A stretch of DNA of 39,630 nt from positions 1 through 39,630 of the IMG/VR virus record IMGVR_UViG_3300013103_000024; one strand, 5' to 3'. The stretch's first letter is position 1. Every line of letters begins with the position of its first letter. Positions 26,668 through 35,653 of this stretch are shown piece after piece. A program made the position numbers and the translations under genes. Source of the DNA: a virus. The notes beneath the pieces were generated by a model, which saw only the letters and a list, made by a program, of their open reading frames with translations, was not told the DNA's origin and did not search any database.

Positions 26668-27140
26668 ATTGTTACCTCAAACTCTGTGCGTGCTTTTACT
26701 TGCTTTCGTTTCAGCTTACGATTGATTGCAGCTAATCGTTCTCCTGCAAGCTTTGCTTGTTTGATGAAGTATCTATATTGCTCATAAGAGAATACTTTGG
26801 TTTCTTCTGGCAAAATGTCGAAAGAAAGTTCATCAAACCACACATACAAACTTCCATCATTTATTTGATAAAAAGCAGGTTTTTCTTCTAAATATTCATC
26901 AGGGACTTCAGTGACAAGTCTAACATTCCGCCAACCTATAAGTTCAAGTGTTGGTTTTCCTTTTTGATCTGCATGTTTGCGAAATTTGAACTTTGCAAGA
27001 GTGCTATTAGATGTTAATCCGTGTCCTGTTCCTGCCAGTTCATATTTTCCTGGATATTCATATTTATACACTGGAAGTGGTTCTGCTGAATCTGTGCTTC
27101 CTATTCCTTCCTGTGGTGGGAAAACTCCATATTGATACAT
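26664..27140 (-). CDS. Hypothetical protein
   Basis: GAGGTGA RBS before ATG 27140; stop overlaps the next start (ATGA). Confidence 0.55.
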   Translation of the reverse strand: MYQYGVFPPQEGIGSTDSAEPLPVYKYEYPGKYELAGTGHGLTSNSTLAKFKFRKHADQKGKPTLELIGWRNVRLVTEVPDEYLEEKPAFYQINDGSLYVWFDELSFDILPEETKVFSYEQYRYFIKQAKLAGERLAAINRKLKRKQVKARTEFEVTI

Positions 27141-27196
27141 TTTATTCACCTCATTTTTCACATCATTTTTATAGTATTTATGTTTAATCCTCGACA

Positions 27197-27209
27197 AAAA
27201 CTATTTATA
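27197..27209 (-). promoter_or_regulatory. Candidate late promoter TATA element TATAAATAGTTTT
   Basis: Identical to 1342-1354; 57 nt upstream of ATG 27140. Confidence 0.4.
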
Positions 27210-27479
27210 TCTCCAAGACGTATAACCTATTGAAGGGCAAAAATTTACCTCCAATAGATTTCAGACTTCAACCTATTTTTAAGCGGGGTTTTTCCCATTG
27301 GGTTTTTTCCTCGCTGCCCTTCTTCACCTCCTCATAATAACTTTCATTATTATTTTAGATCAATGTAAAAATGCCTTAAAGACATTGAAAATCTTGAAGG
27401 TATAGAACCATTGGGTGGGATGAGATCGCTTAAATTTAGTAGGGGTTTTGTGGGTAATACGTGGAAATTATTGATACAA

Positions 27480-27713
27480 CTATCTTTGCACAAGAGCAAT
27501 TATTGTTCTTTTATTCTTCGGCGGTTCTGATGAGATTAATTTGCTCGCATCTTGTTGTATCCTGAATTCCTTTTTACACTTCCAGCAATACATCGCTGTT
27601 ATGTAATCGGGAACGTCCTGCAAAAATACTTTACAATATGGACACTGAACTTGTTTTATATTACATTCATGCTTTTTAATATATACACGATTTGTTGTTT
27701 TTATATATGACAT
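27480..27713 (-). CDS. Zinc-ribbon protein (CPYC...CWKC)
   Basis: Two CxxC pairs; ATG 27713 follows the upstream stop. Confidence 0.6.
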   Translation of the reverse strand: MSYIKTTNRVYIKKHECNIKQVQCPYCKVFLQDVPDYITAMYCWKCKKEFRIQQDASKLISSEPPKNKRTIIALVQR

Positions 27714-27717
27714 TATT

Positions 27718-27909
27718 TTACTCCTTTCTGTTGATAGGACACCAATCAGGAACATACTCTCGGCTCGGAATTATCTTGCCTGCATATTTCCAGTCGGTTT
27801 CTCTTGATATATCTGGATGAAAGCAAATAATATCCCTGAAGTGCATCCTGTAAGGCAATGTTATTTCTTTGCAAAACATACAATCAGTGCAGGTTAGATT
27901 TTTCTTCAT
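27718..27909 (-). CDS. Cys-rich small protein (CxxCxxC...C...WCP)
   Basis: 63-aa ORF in operon. Confidence 0.55.
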   Translation of the reverse strand: MKKNLTCTDCMFCKEITLPYRMHFRDIICFHPDISRETDWKYAGKIIPSREYVPDWCPINRKE

Positions 27910-27919
27910 TTTCTACCTT

Positions 27920-28747
27920 TTAAATATAATTTTTAATTTTATGAAAATTAAACAATGTTGTTTGATATTTGTGTTTTTGGAATATATTATTCACTTTATC
28001 AAGATATGAGTACCAATTACGCTTTAATTCGCTTTGATTTGATGCATACATTTGTTTTTTCTGGTATTTATATTTACAATCATTGTGTGTCCACGCTGCT
28101 GTATCACAACTATGCAAACGGCTAAATATTGCATAGTTTCTTAAAAATGATATTTTAAAGCCAAAAAAATGTGTTTTCGCATCTGAATATCTACGTATAT
28201 GATCCATTATCTTTGTAAATAGCTTAGAATATCTATTGCGTTGGCACACTGAACCAAATGCAACATAATCAGTAATAAGTTCACGTTTATGCATTTCATC
28301 TATACAAAACTTATAATCATCTAAATCCCATCCTTGTATTACAGGAATTATTTTTGTTCCATTATATGAATAATTGTTTAACATTAACTCATTATTTTCA
28401 ATAGTTTTTATTATTCGATCTTTTACTGATAGCTGGCACATGCTTTCTTTGTTTGTGATTTCAAGTATTGGTTCACAAGGATAATCCATCGTGGCTGCAA
28501 ATGTGGGTTTAATGCGCCTTATTAACGAACTGTATTGATCCATATTGAATGGATATTCATGCCATTTTGAAAGCAACGAAAATCCACCACTATCAAGAAA
28601 AAACGATTTATGTGGAGGAATGAACTTTGATAATGTAAAATCCATAGTTCTTTTTGAGAAGAAATACGATGCTGGCATCATAAGATATGGATAAAAATCA
28701 AGCTTCTTATCAAGCGATGATCCTGACAAAACCATATAAAAATTCAT
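27920..28747 (-). CDS. tRNA-guanine transglycosylase-like (DpdA/TGT-like) TIM-barrel protein
   Basis: FFLDSGGFS, MDYPCEP, IIPVIQGW, VAFGSVC, THFFG, SCDTAAW match the TGT-fold motif order. Confidence 0.75.
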   Translation of the reverse strand: MNFYMVLSGSSLDKKLDFYPYLMMPASYFFSKRTMDFTLSKFIPPHKSFFLDSGGFSLLSKWHEYPFNMDQYSSLIRRIKPTFAATMDYPCEPILEITNKESMCQLSVKDRIIKTIENNELMLNNYSYNGTKIIPVIQGWDLDDYKFCIDEMHKRELITDYVAFGSVCQRNRYSKLFTKIMDHIRRYSDAKTHFFGFKISFLRNYAIFSRLHSCDTAAWTHNDCKYKYQKKQMYASNQSELKRNWYSYLDKVNNIFQKHKYQTTLFNFHKIKNYI

Positions 28748-29001
28748 ATTCGCTTCCCAATTATTTTCAATAGTTCATCTCTCACCTTCTTCTGCATGCG
28801 ATATTTCCCCGGAAGATGAGAGAGTTTGCCTCGTTCATAATCAAAAATCCCACGATTTACTGCACGAGTCAGGAAACCCCTGTCTTCGCCATGTTCTAAT
28901 ATCAAATCCCACACTTCCTTCCGCTTGAACCAATCTAACCAGCATCGATTGTAGATTTCGTATAGCAACTCTTGATGGAATTTTACGAATTCATAGCTCA
29001 T
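28744..29001 (-). CDS. Small winged-HTH-like protein
   Basis: 85 aa, coupled to both neighbours by ATGA overlaps. Confidence 0.45.
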   Translation of the reverse strand: MSYEFVKFHQELLYEIYNRCWLDWFKRKEVWDLILEHGEDRGFLTRAVNRGIFDYERGKLSHLPGKYRMQKKVRDELLKIIGKRI

Positions 29002-29555
29002 AATTCACCGCCCCACTGAGTGCTCATGGCTTCCGCAATGCCTGGATATGTTCTTGATCGTCTTTTCCACCGATCTTTGCCGGGTGGTTCTCGATGTATC
29101 CGATTATCCCGCCCATCCACGATATTAGTAGGAACTAACTCTGGAAGATTTTTCAGCCATAAACATGTTGCTTTTGTTTCACCATGTCCGAATTGCCAGG
29201 GTTGAATAATTTGATCGGGTTTCCTTATCTGTGTTGATATTACTGATATGGGATTTTCAAGTGCAATCTTTGGAATATCAGCACTCAATAAGGTTTTTAC
29301 AAATTCCAATGCTTCTTTTTGTTCTTTTTGACGGTATTTGAACCACCTCGCACCAGATACAGCTAAATATGTACAGGGTGGGTGTGCAATCATCATATCC
29401 CACCCGTCATCAAGATGCTTTAAAACATCATCCTGAATATGCCAGTTCGGATTTCCTTCTGTTGGCAACAAATCACATGAATATGCTTCATGTCCTTTGT
29501 TTCTAAAAGCTTTTGTTACGATTTGAGAAAATTCACAACCAATGAGTATTCGCAT
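28998..29555 (-). CDS. Short C5-cytosine DNA methyltransferase-like protein
   Basis: ILIGCEFSQ (degenerate SAM motif), SCDL, AHPPCT (PC catalytic), ENP (motif VI). Confidence 0.75.
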   Translation of the reverse strand: MRILIGCEFSQIVTKAFRNKGHEAYSCDLLPTEGNPNWHIQDDVLKHLDDGWDMMIAHPPCTYLAVSGARWFKYRQKEQKEALEFVKTLLSADIPKIALENPISVISTQIRKPDQIIQPWQFGHGETKATCLWLKNLPELVPTNIVDGRDNRIHREPPGKDRWKRRSRTYPGIAEAMSTQWGGEL

Positions 29556-29617
29556 GTTTATTCCTCCGTGAAATACGATTCAATGTGTGGAATATGGGAT
29601 TTGCATCGTTCGGGATA
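29553..29617 (-). pseudogene. Remnant of the 3' end of the beta-MTase (YPERCKSHIPHIESYFTEE*) plus RBS/ATG; direct repeat of 31836-31900
   Basis: 60/65 nt identical to 31836-31900. Confidence 0.85.
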
Positions 29618-29627
29618 GAACGACATT

Positions 29628-30197
29628 TCATTCAAACCATTTTGATAAAACATCTTGTTGGGGTGGATAAAGTTCTTTAATGTTTATTTTTTTAATACAA
29701 TCACTATTAAAATCCTTAATTGGAATTGCTATATTATCAGTATGCCATCTCCGAGTTCCTCTTACTGATACTGCACGTTTTTGCAATGGTGTGTGTATCT
29801 TAAGATATTGCTTTAAAAACTCTCTAATATTGTTCATAAATAACAAATATCCATCAATGAATTTTTTACCAGTTTCATTTTTCCACACATAAACAATAAC
29901 ATCAGATTTTGAAGAATATAACCAACCAGGTTTTTCATCTTCAACTACTGATACAGTTTCTAAAAGAATATCTTTAAACTGATATGCATAGAAGTCTCTA
30001 CATTTCACATCAAATGATAATTCGTTATGTGTTATATTAAAATCAATACCATTGCGTTGTTTTTGTGTTTCTGTTATCGAATTACCATATACAAATTGTT
30101 GTAATATCGGTTCAAAAACCACTTTAAATTTATCACGAACCATGTCTTCACATATTCCACCTTCTTTGACATTTATATTAAAATCATTTGTATTCAT
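29628..30197 (-). CDS. PD-(D/E)XK restriction-endonuclease-like protein
   Basis: E...R...GIDF...SFDVKCRD...DILLET...KPGW; coupled to the MT-A70 gene. Confidence 0.7.
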   Translation of the reverse strand: MNTNDFNINVKEGGICEDMVRDKFKVVFEPILQQFVYGNSITETQKQRNGIDFNITHNELSFDVKCRDFYAYQFKDILLETVSVVEDEKPGWLYSSKSDVIVYVWKNETGKKFIDGYLLFMNNIREFLKQYLKIHTPLQKRAVSVRGTRRWHTDNIAIPIKDFNSDCIKKINIKELYPPQQDVLSKWFE

Positions 30198-31531
30198 ACT
30201 TCATTACCCCACACTGTCCATTTATCATTATGCCGTTTTCTTGCAAACATTTCGAGATACTTTCCATCGGGGAACATTTTCTCAATCATTTCGTAAACAC
30301 AATCTGGTTTTTTGCTGTGTGTGGTTCGTGTTTCCCGTATCACACTACTAAACCGATTTTCTGGTATCGGTGGTGAATAGTTTCCCTTTTTACCAACAAG
30401 CAATAATTCGTGTTGCCCTCTGAACCAGTAACCCATCCCGATTTTTTCTTTATCCCACACAGCACCTGTTAGATATTTAAAACCCCAAAACTCCATTAAG
30501 TCAAGTGCTTCTATTAATTTTGGCATTGTAGCCCACATTAAAACTACACTATCATTAGCAGCAGGAACAGGAAGGTTTTTTATTTCTTCCAGTTCCATCG
30601 TTTGATAATGATTCTCAATTTCACGATTACCAGTTTCTGTGAAATCATATTTCCATGGAGGATCAACATAAATCACATCAAATTTATCAACAGGCAATGG
30701 AGGGGTTTCTATTTTCGGCATAGATTTATTTTCTTCAATTTTTTTTATATCGTTCAACGCCTTTCTGGGAGTGGTTTCACCCTTTAACACTGATGGTAAA
30801 ATTTTCTTAGCTTTTTCGTTACCTTCTTTTGCTTTGTCCAATATCTTCAAAGTTTCGTGAGCTGCATTAACAGTAACTTCGTTGTTGTTCAGTTTATCAA
30901 GAACCTCTCTTGCGATTTTATCACCATTATCTGCCTTATCTACAATGACTTCAACTTTTGTGTAATTGGTACGTTTCATACCAACTTCATCGGCCACTTT
31001 ATTACGCGTTTCGTTCTCACTTGCTTTTGGTTTTGTTGTTTCGGGTAACGCTTCCGTCAACATTGGCGGAAGCGTTGCTTCGTTGCCTATTTTTTTACCT
31101 TCTCGTTCCGCCAATGTTGGCGGAACGACAATCGTTTCTTTAACATTATTCAATTGTGATAATTGTTTTAACCGTGCACGTTCAGCATAGATTACCTTCA
31201 ACGTTTTACCTTCCCTCACACGCTGTTCTGGTGTCTTCTCTCTTTGACGGTTGAATTCTATCATCGCCTCCTTTTCATCCAAATCATTATCAAAAGTGAT
31301 GGTTCGACATGGAATTCTATCAAGTTTCAAATGTTTAGCAGCAAGCCACCGTCTATGACCTGATAGGATAATATTATCATCACGAATAACAAGTGGTTCA
31401 AGAATGCCTTTGTTTTTAATACTCTCTACTAAATCCATATCAATGGATTCATTACCATAAATTTCAACGTTCAGATTGTGTGGTCTAAGTTCTTTTGGTG
31501 ATTTGAGAACGTTATAAGCCATACTTACCAT
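30194..31531 (-). CDS. ParB-HTH-MT-A70 family adenine methyltransferase fusion
   Basis: N-terminal ParB (GILEPLVI..DNIILSGHRRW); C-terminal DVIYVDPPW, HYQTM, WGFKY, GMGYWFRGQHE, HSKKPD, YLEMFAR. Confidence 0.9.
   Translation of the reverse strand: MVSMAYNVLKSPKELRPHNLNVEIYGNESIDMDLVESIKNKGILEPLVIRDDNIILSGHRRWLAAKHLKLDRIPCRTITFDNDLDEKEAMIEFNRQREKTPEQRVREGKTLKVIYAERARLKQLSQLNNVKETIVVPPTLAEREGKKIGNEATLPPMLTEALPETTKPKASENETRNKVADEVGMKRTNYTKVEVIVDKADNGDKIAREVLDKLNNNEVTVNAAHETLKILDKAKEGNEKAKKILPSVLKGETTPRKALNDIKKIEENKSMPKIETPPLPVDKFDVIYVDPPWKYDFTETGNREIENHYQTMELEEIKNLPVPAANDSVVLMWATMPKLIEALDLMEFWGFKYLTGAVWDKEKIGMGYWFRGQHELLLVGKKGNYSPPIPENRFSSVIRETRTTHSKKPDCVYEMIEKMFPDGKYLEMFARKRHNDKWTVWGNEV
31047..31127. 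repeat. Two related palindromes in the ParB-MTase linker (31047-31076, 31104-31127)
   Basis: AACGCTTCCGTCAA-CA-TTGGCGGAAGCGTT and CGTTCCGCCAA-TG-TTGGCGGAACG. Confidence 0.85.
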
Positions 31532-31533
31532 AT

Positions 31534-31713
31534 TTATTCCTCACCCTTGAACCGCTTAACTTCAGATTCAGGAATACGAATCCATCCGCCCGTATCTACT
31601 GTTTTCAATTTTCCTATACGAATCCAACGATACACAGCTTGGGGGGTCACCCCTACAATCTTAGCGAAATCTGATATTGGATATGCTATTTTATCTTGTT
31701 TCACTTGCTTCAT
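31534..31713 (-). CDS. 59-aa MerR/excisionase-type HTH protein
   Basis: Hand translation ...AYPISDFAKIVGVTPQAVYRWIRIGKLKTVDTGGWIRIPESEV...; GAGG RBS. Not in the ORF track. Confidence 0.75.
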   Translation of the reverse strand: MKQVKQDKIAYPISDFAKIVGVTPQAVYRWIRIGKLKTVDTGGWIRIPESEVKRFKGEE

Positions 31714-31760
31714 TTAAAACCTCTTTATAATTAATAATTATTGTTAAGAATACGTTAAAA

Positions 31761-31838
31761 CTATTTAACACTTCCGATTATTTTGAGGTGTATCAACTCC
31801 AAACAATCGCCAATTTTCCAAATCTGCTTTGTTATCAT
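31761..31838 (-). pseudogene. Truncated duplicate of the beta-MTase 5' end (MITKQIWKIGDCLEL, then unrelated, stop after 25 aa)
   Basis: 31795-31838 matches 32778-32821 at 42/44 nt. Confidence 0.85.
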
Positions 31839-31840
31839 GT

Positions 31841-32821
31841 TTATTCCTCCGTGAAAAATGATTCGATATGCGGAATATGGGATTTGCATCGTTCGGGATA
31901 CAGGGATTCCCATTGTGGATCAATCTCAAAGCCAATGCAATTGCGATTTGTTCTACGACATGCTTCGAGGGTTGTGCCACTGCCGAGAAATGGATCGCAG
32001 ATTAGATCACCTTCATTGCTTGATATCTTGATCATCCTTTCGATCAATTCAACTGGCTTTGTTGTCGGATGGCTTGTGTTCTCTGCACCACTTATGATCG
32101 GGATGTCAAATACTTCGTACATATTCTTATATGGATTGAATACACGCCGCAAGTCCTCATAGTTCCGCACAAAAAAACCAGTCTTCCTTAATTTCCCGTA
32201 TAGTTCGAGAGTTGGAAAACAATATTGTGAATCTGCAAAGTAATGGCGGGTTACAACTGATTTGGTGTCAGTGATTTTGTTCAAGTATGCATCACACTCT
32301 GCTTTTGTCTTAAACCCATTCGCTTCCATCACCTTCTGATATTCCCCTCGCATGTATTCTTTTATCGGTGCGAAACAATCTTTATCACTATGAATTGCCT
32401 GAAGCCCAGTTGCTGGTAATCCATTTTCAGATTTTTGTTCGTAGAATAAAATGCGCTCCGAAATGCAAACATAACGTCTTGAGCTCATTGCACCCTTGAT
32501 GCTCTGATTATTTCGTTTATACCAAACCAGATGATTCAAAAATGAAAAATGCTTATCAAGTCTCACTTGAATATATGCAATTCTGTGATCATCACCAAAA
32601 ACATATAACGAACCGTTTGGCTTTAAAATTCTCTTAATTTCTATTGCTATTGATTCAAGCCAATTAAGATATTCATCAAACGTCTCCCACTGTTTATCCC
32701 AATCTGCCTTATTAACTTTGTAGTAAGGAGGATCGGTCAACACCAAATCAACACTATTATCTTCAAGTTCTTTCATTAACTCCAAACAATTGCCAATTTT
32801 CCAAATCTGCTTCGTTATCAT
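31841..32821 (-). CDS. Beta-class amino (N4C/N6A) DNA methyltransferase
   Basis: GNCLELM, VDLVLTDPPY, HPTTKP, DPFLGSGTT, GFEID. Confidence 0.92.
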   Translation of the reverse strand: MITKQIWKIGNCLELMKELEDNSVDLVLTDPPYYKVNKADWDKQWETFDEYLNWLESIAIEIKRILKPNGSLYVFGDDHRIAYIQVRLDKHFSFLNHLVWYKRNNQSIKGAMSSRRYVCISERILFYEQKSENGLPATGLQAIHSDKDCFAPIKEYMRGEYQKVMEANGFKTKAECDAYLNKITDTKSVVTRHYFADSQYCFPTLELYGKLRKTGFFVRNYEDLRRVFNPYKNMYEVFDIPIISGAENTSHPTTKPVELIERMIKISSNEGDLICDPFLGSGTTLEACRRTNRNCIGFEIDPQWESLYPERCKSHIPHIESFFTEE

Positions 32822-34995
32822 AAACCACCAACATTAATCCCATTATCTTCGCAAGCAACTTTAATATATTGTTCTGCTTGCTCTGTTGTAAGTTTGTAGT
32901 GCTCTATTATGTAGTTCATTATTGTATTAATGGCTATTTCGTAATTATGAGGATTATATGTTCTCAATTCATTGTTAATATATTGTAATATTTCCTGCTG
33001 TGGTGTTTTTTTGATATGTGGTGTGTCTGTTGTAACATGATCCAGTTCAGATACGTCTATCCATTCACATGTCTTCAACCAGAAGGCTTTTACAAAATCA
33101 AAATCTTCGTCTGTTAATTCATATCTGCCATTGATTTGTGCAGATAGTTGTAGTGTAAGTGTAATGTTCTGTCCGAGTCTCTTTTTAGAATGAATTTTAT
33201 CGTGTTCTCGCAGTTCCCTAACTAACTCGATAATTCTTTTGTTATGTGATTTCCAATCCACGTGTATCCGCCCACAAAAACTGAAATACTCATTTACATC
33301 ACTATCATATAATAATTTTGACAGTCGTAAATCATCAATTTCGTTGTCTTCCCCCCCCAAATCAAAATCAGAAACGTCATCAGAAGGATCATGCACAAAA
33401 AATAGAAATGGGTATCTATCAATGTCTGCAAGTGTTTGCCCTGTTCGCCATTCCAAGCCTCGAAGTGTCCATTCTTCTATCATTGCTTCATGTGCAGCAC
33501 GTTCTATAAAATCAGTCACATCACCATCATGCTGATCAATAATCCACTTCCCCATCCACTTTTTTTGTTCCATGATTACTGAAGATGGTGGATTAGAGGT
33601 GGCTATTACAGTAGCTTGCTTGGGTATCTGTGTTCTGTTTCCGGCAACCTCTCGACTGATTGTATTGCTTATCAGTGCTCCTTTGAGTTGTGGCATCAAG
33701 CTGTTTCGATTTTCTAAGAACTCATCAATCGTGGCAAGTCTAAGTCGCCCTAATAACCCCGCTTCTGGAACATTGATGGTGCTGTCCCCAATTTTGATTT
33801 GCATCATTGATCCATGCAGCCCGGGTCCTGAAAGCTGCATTGCGTCAATGACTTTTTGCTGCGGTGTGAGCGTTGCCATATACAATCGAGGAGTACTTGT
33901 TTTCCCAACTCCCGGATCCCCTACAATCAAGCAGTTTGTAGATACTCGTCCCCTACAGTTCGCTAAATATGCCAAAAGAATTGCTGCCTTATACCACCTC
34001 ATTCCGTGAATGTGTTTTCCCAACTTCTTTTCATGCTGTGCGTCAATATAATCTATTATTCGCCAGACTGCATGTTGCCCTGGTTCAATTGTCATTGTGC
34101 TGCCAGTCGGCTCGATTTCTTCGGCTGCAATCATAAAAAGATAATAATCAGATTTATTTTTACAGAGAAATACTGCACCAATGAACTCCCCTTGCGGTAT
34201 TTCTCTCAGAGATATTATTGAAATCGAATTCAAATCGTCAGTAACAACACGAGATGCAAATGCCGGCCTTACGGTATCAAGAGACTTAACCCGTACCATT
34301 GCCCCCCCACAATCAACATCATGGCATGGTACGTTTTTTGTATCGAAAGACAGATCGCATTCATAACCACACTTGTTACAACGATAATGATATGAAAGAG
34401 GCAGCTGCACAACAGGATTGCCCCCCACATGGTTCATTTTTATAATTTGAATATTATGAGTATCATAATAATTCAATTTTTTTACTGGCAGTTCTGGAAG
34501 ATGATATGTTACTGTGGGGTTTTCTCGAATCACATCCATTGTATTTTCATAATCATATCCAAGCTCCACATCATACGAATGCCGTAATAATGCTTCGTTT
34601 TTCAATGACGTCATTCGTTCTTTATCTTCAATGTATTTTATCAGTCGTCTGTGATATTCTTCCTTAAATCGTTTACCAAAGACTTCCCCCTCCAACCAAT
34701 TAGATCGTTTAATCCATGATCGATTTTGTTTTTTTGTACTTTCTGCATAATTTCTTCCTGCATAAGTCCAGACTTCATCGAAAGTCGGATACTCAATATC
34801 AGACAATGCTCTCAACAAACATGTCAGGAATGCCGAATTTTTACGAAGCTTTGAACCGTCCCAGAAGGTGAACATGTCTTCTAAAATTTTTAATCTAATG
34901 GTATCGTCTATATGAGGATGTTTATTCTTTTCATTCCACTCCTCAACCCGCTTCACAAAGTTATCATGTTCGTTTACATTTGATTCCTGCACCAT
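32818..34995 (-). CDS. mcm: MCM-like replicative helicase with N-terminal extension
   Basis: Zn finger CNKC...CHDVDC, Walker A GDPGVGKT, GLHG, EAG, Walker B IDEF, sensor ATSNP, arginine finger DRY. Confidence 0.8.
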   Translation of the reverse strand: MVQESNVNEHDNFVKRVEEWNEKNKHPHIDDTIRLKILEDMFTFWDGSKLRKNSAFLTCLLRALSDIEYPTFDEVWTYAGRNYAESTKKQNRSWIKRSNWLEGEVFGKRFKEEYHRRLIKYIEDKERMTSLKNEALLRHSYDVELGYDYENTMDVIRENPTVTYHLPELPVKKLNYYDTHNIQIIKMNHVGGNPVVQLPLSYHYRCNKCGYECDLSFDTKNVPCHDVDCGGAMVRVKSLDTVRPAFASRVVTDDLNSISIISLREIPQGEFIGAVFLCKNKSDYYLFMIAAEEIEPTGSTMTIEPGQHAVWRIIDYIDAQHEKKLGKHIHGMRWYKAAILLAYLANCRGRVSTNCLIVGDPGVGKTSTPRLYMATLTPQQKVIDAMQLSGPGLHGSMMQIKIGDSTINVPEAGLLGRLRLATIDEFLENRNSLMPQLKGALISNTISREVAGNRTQIPKQATVIATSNPPSSVIMEQKKWMGKWIIDQHDGDVTDFIERAAHEAMIEEWTLRGLEWRTGQTLADIDRYPFLFFVHDPSDDVSDFDLGGEDNEIDDLRLSKLLYDSDVNEYFSFCGRIHVDWKSHNKRIIELVRELREHDKIHSKKRLGQNITLTLQLSAQINGRYELTDEDFDFVKAFWLKTCEWIDVSELDHVTTDTPHIKKTPQQEILQYINNELRTYNPHNYEIAINTIMNYIIEHYKLTTEQAEQYIKVACEDNGINVGGL

Positions 34996-35363
34996 AGTGT
35001 CGCCTCCATTGGCTCCGGTTCAGTCATCGCATAACAAATGTATTTCACACATGTTTTAGCGATGCAATTGAAAAATCGTTCTTCAGTTTTTTTGGGTGTA
35101 AATGCTTCTTTTCTTGTGCAGAAATAATCATCATCATCAATTCCATTCACGCCCGGCATAACATAATATGTTGTTGTGTGTGTAGGTACACCCCCTGTTT
35201 TATTTTTGTCGCATGCAGGAGGCAAAGCATCTTCAAAATGTTCTTTACGCCTCCATACCATCCCATTCTCACATGAATACCAGTGCACCAATCGGGCTTT
35301 AACCATGCTCATTCCAAGCATTTTTTGTTTCCGTTCCCTGATGCAATCATCTATTTCTGTCAT
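34974..35363 (-). CDS. Hypothetical protein (Cys-containing)
   Basis: ATG 35363 just after the stop of the DUF2080-like gene. Confidence 0.5.
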   Translation of the reverse strand: MTEIDDCIRERKQKMLGMSMVKARLVHWYSCENGMVWRRKEHFEDALPPACDKNKTGGVPTHTTTYYVMPGVNGIDDDDYFCTRKEAFTPKKTEERFFNCIAKTCVKYICYAMTEPEPMEATLWCRNQM

Positions 35364-35367
35364 GGTT

Positions 35368-35514
35368 TTATTTCCCATTACCATGTTTTATTGGGAGTAA
35401 ACAAACCATAACTTCTCTGTCAATCCATGTTTTTGGTACGTGGATTTTTCCAGAACTACCTGAGTTCCGAGTAACACGCTTAATTGTATCGTCCACTTCT
35501 AATTCTATTTTCAT
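35368..35514 (-). CDS. 48-aa DUF2080-like (AbrB-type) archaeal protein
   Basis: Hand translation MKIELEVDDTIKRVTRNSGSSGKIHVPKTWIDREVMV...; GGTGA RBS. Not in the ORF track. Confidence 0.65.
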   Translation of the reverse strand: MKIELEVDDTIKRVTRNSGSSGKIHVPKTWIDREVMVCLLPIKHGNGK

Positions 35515-35653
35515 AATTTTCTCACCATTATGTATATGTTTTACATACTATATATAACTTTTTGTTTACTTTGTTTTTATATTTTATTTTTGATCACATA
35601 AGAAAAGTTTATATACCATGATTTTTTAAAAAAATATGTGAGGTAATCATATC

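Noticed and set aside
31534-31713. Excisionase implying an integration module
   Set aside because: No integrase or att-like tRNA fragment in the window; the HTH is more simply the cassette regulator.
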